DNA of 64,000 nucleotides from Podarcis tiliguerta (lineage: Eukaryota), in assembly GCA_965153285.1 (NCBI GenBank), contig OZ229110.1, one strand, 5' to 3'. Numbering within the stretch: position 1 is the stretch's first letter; each line of letters starts with the position of its first letter. This document shows positions 57,213 through 64,000 of this stretch, in pieces. A program made the position numbers and the translations under genes. The notes below the pieces were generated by a model, which worked only from the letters and a program-made list of their open reading frames with translations, made no database searches and was not told the DNA's origin.

Positions 57213-60200
57213 TCGTCTTCTTCCTAACCTCCACATCCCTGACGCAAGGCTTCAGTGGGGCCCCATCCCTGCTCCTTCTGCCTACTCTCCTCAGCCTCAG
57301 CTCAATTCTCACAGAAGAGTGAGCAACACGGAACTAATTAATTCTCCACGGGATACTCCCCAATTTCAGAATGAGAGACATTGTAATGAGGAGCCCCCCA
57401 TGCCAGCTGGAAGAAGCTGACAGTCAACCAAAAATGCACTAGGCATGGCTATCCGCAACCTCTGCTGTGTATCTGGGGGAGGGAGAAGCAGAAAGTGCTT
57501 TTCAAATTTGCTCTGCCATTATCAGCAGGATTCCACCCCCAAGCTTTAGCTACTTCACAATACTTCTATGGAAAAAAGAACAGTCATGTCTAAGCAGATG
57601 GAGGGAGGGAACCCCTAAAACCCTGAGTATTGAAAAAAGAAAAGCAGCCCATCATCATCCCTAGCTTCTGCCTGCCAGAAGCCAACAAAAAGGGTCAAAT
57701 GCTAATGATCTGAAACTGTGTGTGCCTGTTGCACGGCTGCTTCCATTTCCTCTCACTGGTTGGAACTGCTCACAGGGAGGAGCTGGTCCTGTTTTCATCT
57801 TCGTTCAGGCTCAGCAAAAATATATGACCAGTGGCCCCTGGCCTAGAAGCATAGGCATCAAGATCCCACAGACTTTCCATTATGTATGGTACTTTGATCT
57901 TAGGTTGTTGTGGTTGTTGTTGTTGTTGTTAATCTTAGCTTAATTTTTTACCAAGTCTTTTGGATAGATAGATATAACAGAAGAGGTTCCCTTGCCTTTT
58001 CAGCTTCAGGAAAACTTCCAAGGCCTACTGGAATGTTTCTACTACAAAAGTTGCTACCTACAAAACACAAGCTTGTTACTTATTCAGGGTCCTTTTCTCT
58101 GGGATGCTACCTCTGCACACAGGTTCATTGTTATAGGACAAGGTCAGGCTTCTACAACTGCTTTGCCTCCTACTGCTGTGCATAGATCTAATGGACTGAG
58201 AAGGCAAATCAGGGTGGAGGGAGCCATCAAATCTTAAAAAATCTCAGAGTAGAGGATCACACCTCTTGACAGTCACTAACAAAATCTTTTTGCCGAAGTC
58301 TGAGCTGACTCCTGTTATGATAGTTAACGTTTACATTGCACTTTAAATTTTCCAAAAGCTTCATAAACACTAGCTCCATAATCCTTACAACAGCTCCGTA
58401 AGGCAGGCTTGTATCCATTCCCACAAGGCGAGTGCTGACTGCAAGAGGCAGGCCAAGGCAGCCTCTTGAAAGAGCTGATTTGTGGATTTCACACCCTCAG
58501 CTACCACACCACTTCTGAACAGCTACCTTCTAACATGTGGTGGCAATGTTTTATTTCAGTTTACGATATATGTATACACCACTTGTTAATAAGAAAACGG
58601 TTAAAACGCAAATACATGCAAAATCAAAGAAATGGTAAAAACAGGCAGTCAGCTGAAAAACTAAAAGCAATACAGCAATAACAACATACGTCAGAATAGG
58701 CGAAAGGTACGTCTGGCCTGCAAAATAGAAAAGCCTTTGCCATATTGGAAGTCCAATAGAGAGAGGAGGCAAGATTCCCTGAATGGGAGGGGGGGATTTA
58801 GATATGTGAAATAACATTGCAGAACAGTTTCATCCCAGTATGCAGCACACAATTCCTAAGGACTTGTAAGCCGCAGCTTCTCATGCACCAATGTTGATCT
58901 TGAAACTGATAAGCATGGTTCAGGTAGGCTTAAGCCCTGGCATCAATGTTTTTACAAATTCATATTGGCCTCATCTTTCCACCACAGCATGGTAATGCCC
59001 CCTCTCACTGCTCTAGACTGCCTCATGCCATTTCCTCTTTTTTTTGGGGGGGGGGAGAAAAAATCATGTGAAATCATGCACAGCTGTAAAATTAAAAATA
59101 ATGACCTGTATTAGAACTTCCAAGTGGTGCTTTTATTTCAAACATATGCACACCCACCAATATAAGAGGATATACACATATGCAAGGTTCTTGCCCATCC
59201 CTATTACAAAACATTTTTGATCAAGTGTAGCCTGTTGTTCCTAAGTATCTTAACACTGGATGGTGTAATTAGTTTTGGGTAGGGGACAAGAACATGAGCT
59301 GACTACTCTTTGCATGTTTTGAGAGATAAAAAGGTTGTGAGCCCTTCCTACACACAAAAATACCCTCCTAAACAACCTTCGCCAAAGCCCCACATGGCAA
59401 CATTTTGCAATTCACTAATTCTCTATTATTTCCAGGATGTGACCACTTCTGATTTCAATATGTGGGAACCTGTCTCTTGTGCAGGTGTAACATCACTCGT
59501 TCTCATCATGGTTAGGAGATTGGAAGATTCCCCTTTGCTCCTGGGTCAATTCCCCCCATGGATTATTTTAACCACAATGAAGTGGTTATGCGGACGGAGT
59601 GTTACATCAGTGGCAACCAGGTTTTGTTTCAACCTGAAACCCACTTCAAACTTTGGTTTTAACTCTGCTGTGAGTCAGCAATTAATTTCATTCACGCAGA
59701 TTAAGTACTGATCAGCATTAGAGGCAACTGGCACAGCGGTACCTATACTCCCATAACCGTCTCCTTTATGCAGAGGAAAACGGTCACATTAATGGCCTAA
59801 TTAGTGGCACACAGAGGAAGACTTTAGGATCCCGAATTCTCTGTTGATGTTCATCCATGCTGTACACACAGCCGTCTCTGCACAAAAAGGCCCCACATAT
59901 GCACGGAAAGCGGTTTGTTTCTGTCTCCTCGGAACCCACAGCATCCCTATGGTGCTAAGCTTCCCTCTCCGATGGAGGTAACACAATGCCCATGCTGAGG
60001 ATAAGCCCACTGCTCTCCAATTATTCCAATCAGATCATCACCTTGTCACAAAGGGAAAAGAAGCAAGCCTTACAAGCAGGCAAGCACAGGGGACTAGCGC
60101 TACAACTCAAGAAATAAGGAGCAGCAAGAAAAATATGTGGTACAGCAGGGGCTCCCAAAGTGGGGGGTACAGCTGCCTGGGGAGCAGCGGGGTTACGGGT

Positions 60201-60634
60201 GGGGGCACTAAGAGGCAAGGGGGTGACAGAAGCTGCTGGAGGTGTGAATGACTATCAGATTTTGAAAAGCTGGTATCATTAGATCAAGTTCATCACTTTT
60301 GTTGAATTAATTAAACTAAATAATTTGAATACGATTTTGATTTACATGTGCAATTAATTGCTACTGTTGAATTTTATTGTGTTATTATTTTCCTTAGTGG
60401 GTCATACAAAGCACTTTTCTGAATAATGCCTTTTTATAAGGTAGGGTAGGGGGCACAGGGAATGAGTTTATGGAACTAAGGGGGAGGGGGGCCATGTGGT
60501 GGGAGAAATACACAAGCTAGAAGCAACTCATTTGCTTTTAGAATCAGAAGCTATAACCAACAAAACAACCAACGGAACATCCAATAGACATATAAAACTG
60601 GGGAAACAACAATATTCTAATAATATTCCAACAT

Positions 60635-60880
60635 AGAATCATAGAGTTGGAAGAGACCACAAGGGCCATCGAGTCCAACCCCCTGCCAAGCAGGAAACAC
60701 AATCAGAGCACTCCTGACATATGGTTGTCAAGCCTCTGCTTAAAGACCTCCAAAGAAGGAGACTCCACCACACTCCTTGGCAGCAAATTCCACTGTCGAA
60801 CAGCTCTTACTGTCAGGAAGTTCTTCCTAATGTTTAGGTGGAATCTTCTTTCTTGTAGTTTGCATCCATTGCTCCGTGTA
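60635..60880 (-). mobile_element. CR1 LINE 3' end
   Basis: CATAGAATCATAGAGTTGGAAGAGACC...AGGAAGTTCTTCCTAATGTTTAGGTGGAATC, similar to the 53133 copy. Confidence 0.85.
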
Positions 60881-61030
60881 CATATAATCAGTACTTCTTA
60901 CAGTTTATTTTCAGTTACAAAAGTCTGATATCTAGTGGCGGAGATCCATTCCTGCCCAAAGAATACAAAGAATGTGGGAGAAGAAGAGGTCAGTTTTCCA
61001 TTTCATACCATACTTTAGATATACTAAGTA

Positions 61031-61254
61031 CAGTGATACCTTGGTTTTTGAACTTAATCTGTTCTGGAAGTCCGTTCTTAAACCAAGGAACACTTTCCCT
61101 GATGAGGCCTCTCGCCGCCGGTGCCCTTCCACCATTCGGCTTCCATTCTTAAACTGAGGTAAAATTCGAAAACCGGGACACTACTTCCGGTTTTGCGGAG
61201 TTCATAAACTGAATAGTTCGTAAACAGGGCTGTTCTTAAACCGAGGTACCACTG
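61031..61254. mobile_element. Tc1/mariner MITE with related TIRs and a different interior
   Basis: TA|CAGTGATACCTTGGTTT ... AAACCGAGGTACCACTG|TA. Confidence 0.8.
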
Positions 61255-62128
61255 TAGTGATGAAACAAAATTGAATGGTTTCCAAGTATCGTCAAAGTGT
61301 GGTGCAAAGTGAGGCTGAACCCTCCCCTTCCTTTGAATTCTCCTCTTAGAGGAGGAATAGAATCTGTTTCTCCCACCTAGCAGGATGGGAGACTCCTCCC
61401 CCTCAGAGTTTTCCATGATGCATGGGAGAAACTGAGGCTGGGTTCTTCCACTTTATGCTGGGCTCCTTGCTAGAGATAATCACCATAAATGTTCATGGCT
61501 GTTGCCAACAAGCCAGCAACTATCCAACTGATTTCAGACCATGGCAGGGGATGGGGGGCAGACCAGCTATTCTGCAGGGAGTGATCTTCAATGCAGTCTG
61601 GTCCATTTTGACAGATGTGCTCAAGCACAGGAAAAAGTGTTCTTTTAAAAGAAAATCTCTGAAAAGGAGTGGGTGATTATAAAGAGTCATTCCTCATTAT
61701 TAGTAATACTGTGTGCATATGCAGAAAACTGGCACCTGTGACCCTCCTGCAACCAGATTTCAGGTAGCAATAGCAGCCTTGATGTACAAAATATTTCCCA
61801 AGCGCTTGAACTACCACAAGATATCTCCACAACTGCAGCTCATCCTTGAAGAAAGCAAGACAGACTATGTGGAAAATGAGAAACAAAAGGTACATTTATT
61901 ATGTAGTAAGCCAGCTGTGCCAAATTGCCTCAGAACATCCTCCACTGCTGTGACCCATCACCCCATGGCAGATTGCAGAAGTAACAAAGTAAATTTCAAA
62001 AACACACCCAGGGCATAATGCAGCCAAAATTAAGCAGCTTTAAAATTCCACTGATATCAACAAGAGTTAAACACATGTTCAACTCTCCCACTGAAATATT
62101 GAAACTTGATGTGCCTTAAATCACATTA

Positions 62129-62354
62129 CAGTGGTACCTCGGGTTAAGTACTTAATTCGTTCTGGAGGTCCGTTCTTAACCAGAAACTGTTCTTAACCTG
62201 AAGCACGACTTTAGCTAATGGGGCCTCCTGCTGCCGCCGTGCCGCCAGAGCACGATTTCTGTTCTCATCCTGAAGCAAAGTTCTTAACCTGAAGCACTAT
62301 TTCTGGGTTAGCGGAGTCTGTAACCTGAAGCGTATGCAACCCGAGGTACCACTG
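62129..62354. mobile_element. Tc1/mariner MITE, same family as 9805-10045, opposite orientation
   Basis: TA-flanked CAGTGGTACCTCGGGTT TIRs, interior closely matches the reverse complement of the 9805 copy. Confidence 0.9.
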
Positions 62355-64000
62355 TATTTAAATAGTCAGACCTGGTTCCTACCCTTTCTTCAAGAAACTG
62401 TGGGCTGCAAACATGTCATTATTCTGTTTTATCCTCAAAACCCTGAAAGGCAGATTAGTCCACAAGATATCAACTTCACTTGCTAAAAGTCACCCTGTGA
62501 ACTTCATGGCTTAGAATTGAACCTAGGTCTCTGGAGCAGAGACCTATATGCTCCACCACAATCTTTCACATCATGCAAGGTAATAAATGTTTTAATAATC
62601 AGTGACCTTCTAAGGCTTTTAATGCACAAATATTAATGTACTCCCTCTGGCACTGCAACAGTCAATGTGGTGCCCTCCAGATGTTGTTGGATCACAACAT
62701 CAGCCTCAACTAACAGGATCAGCAGTCAGGGATGATGGGAACTGAAGTCTAAGGACATATTGGCTACTCTTGCTCTAATATCTGCTAGGATACTCCGTCT
62801 AATCCGGTTGGCCATTCTCCATTCATTCCGCCTCTTTCAGACTTCACTTCAGGAACAGAGATGGTCAAAACCACCACCTTCTAGATTTGCACTAGTGAAC
62901 AGAATTCAAGCCTGATAGTCAGAGAACATGAAGCGATGCTATATTGTCTGCTGAAAACTGACCAGTGCTCGATAAGAGAAACATACATTCGAATTAACCC
63001 TTTCTCTCAGCAAAGCAAACTCAGACTGTGTGTGCACCATATTTTTAAAGCACATTATTTCCCCCAAATAATCCTTGGAACTGTAGTTTGTTGGTGGTGC
63101 TGAGAATTGTAGCTTTGGGGGTAAATTATAATTCCCAAGATTCTTGGGGGGCGGGAAGAATGTACTACAAATGTATGGTGTGTACGCAGTCTCATTTTCA
63201 GAAGTTTTAGTTCCATTCTGTATATAGCCTTTTTGACTTAACATGCAACTTCTTCATGGAAGGGAGTAAGATGTGTTTTTCCAAAGTGGAAGCTATTCAA
63301 AGGTTATTGTGATTTATTTTTTTTTTTTAAAAAAGAATAAATATTTTAGTCATTAAAAATATATTCTGAAAGGTATAAAAAAACTGCTGTAGACAATTAC
63401 TTTTTATTAGTATCTTGCAATATTTTATATGAAAGTACAGTCTATAAACATTTAAATACATAAATATAATTTTGCAAGAATCAATCTAGGGTTTTCTTTC
63501 TCAGTGGGAAAAAATATTAAAGTAAGAAAGGTAGTATGGGCTTTCAGCCGGGTCTAATCACACAGGTGCAAAGCCACCCTTTGCCCTGACATCTCTCAAC
63601 TACAGAATGAGACTTTGGGGAGCGTTAAGGAGTTTGTCTATGTATATATATTGCCTTCTGTGCAGAATAAGATATAAATCTGGGTGGCAACTCACTCTGT
63701 TGACAAGCTAAGCTAGCCTGAATCCTTTGGAAATGACACAGTCCCCCTCAAAAGCAAGAGATAATATAAACTACAAAGGAACAGAACTGTTGGCATTATC
63801 TGACATGAAACACACACACACCATTCTTACATGAACACTTCTTGAATCATGACATTTTAGGTCAATTTTATCTGTCAGTTAGCTAAATGTTTACATGCAA
63901 TCCTTCTTGCATTCAGGATACATCAGCTTTGTCACCATCCTTCTGATGGGCCCACCAGCAACCCAGAAACTGTGGATACGACTTCTCCTATCTGCAGCAG

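Noticed and set aside
59705-60041. Possible C/D-box sno/scaRNA (GTGATGA ... CTGA on the minus strand)
   Set aside because: No convincing terminal stem, no recognisable guide sequence, and no resemblance to a scaRNA I know. The boxes are short enough to occur by chance.

Overview
Vertebrate genomic DNA, most likely from a squamate reptile (probably a lacertid lizard, inferred from Sauria-SINE, CR1/L2, Penelope and MITE content). The window holds two convergent, intron-containing protein-coding genes whose coding exons I could splice by hand with GT-AG junctions and consistent phase. (1) Plus strand, 6622-27673: a 13-coding-exon, 915-aa TBC-domain Rab-GAP of the USP6NL/RN-tre family. Both catalytic fingers (IxxDxxR, YxQ) are intact and the C-terminal tail is long, acidic and divergent. 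Its sequence and its position next to HRAS suggest a paralogue rather than the orthologue of mammalian USP6NL. (2) Minus strand, 54378-43571: HRAS (189 aa, wild-type G12/G13/Q61, CaaX CVIS), with a separate 3'UTR exon at about 39988-38225. No CpG-island promoter is evident for either gene. The rest is intron or intergenic DNA with short transposon remnants and microsatellites, and most ORF-track entries are spurious. The most interesting leads are the HRAS-linked USP6NL-like paralogue with short linear motifs in its tail (SQYDN, PxxPxK, terminal KSVTF/RVxF) and a candidate IDX-like poison exon in HRAS intron D. I see no evidence of a wholly new multi-gene system.
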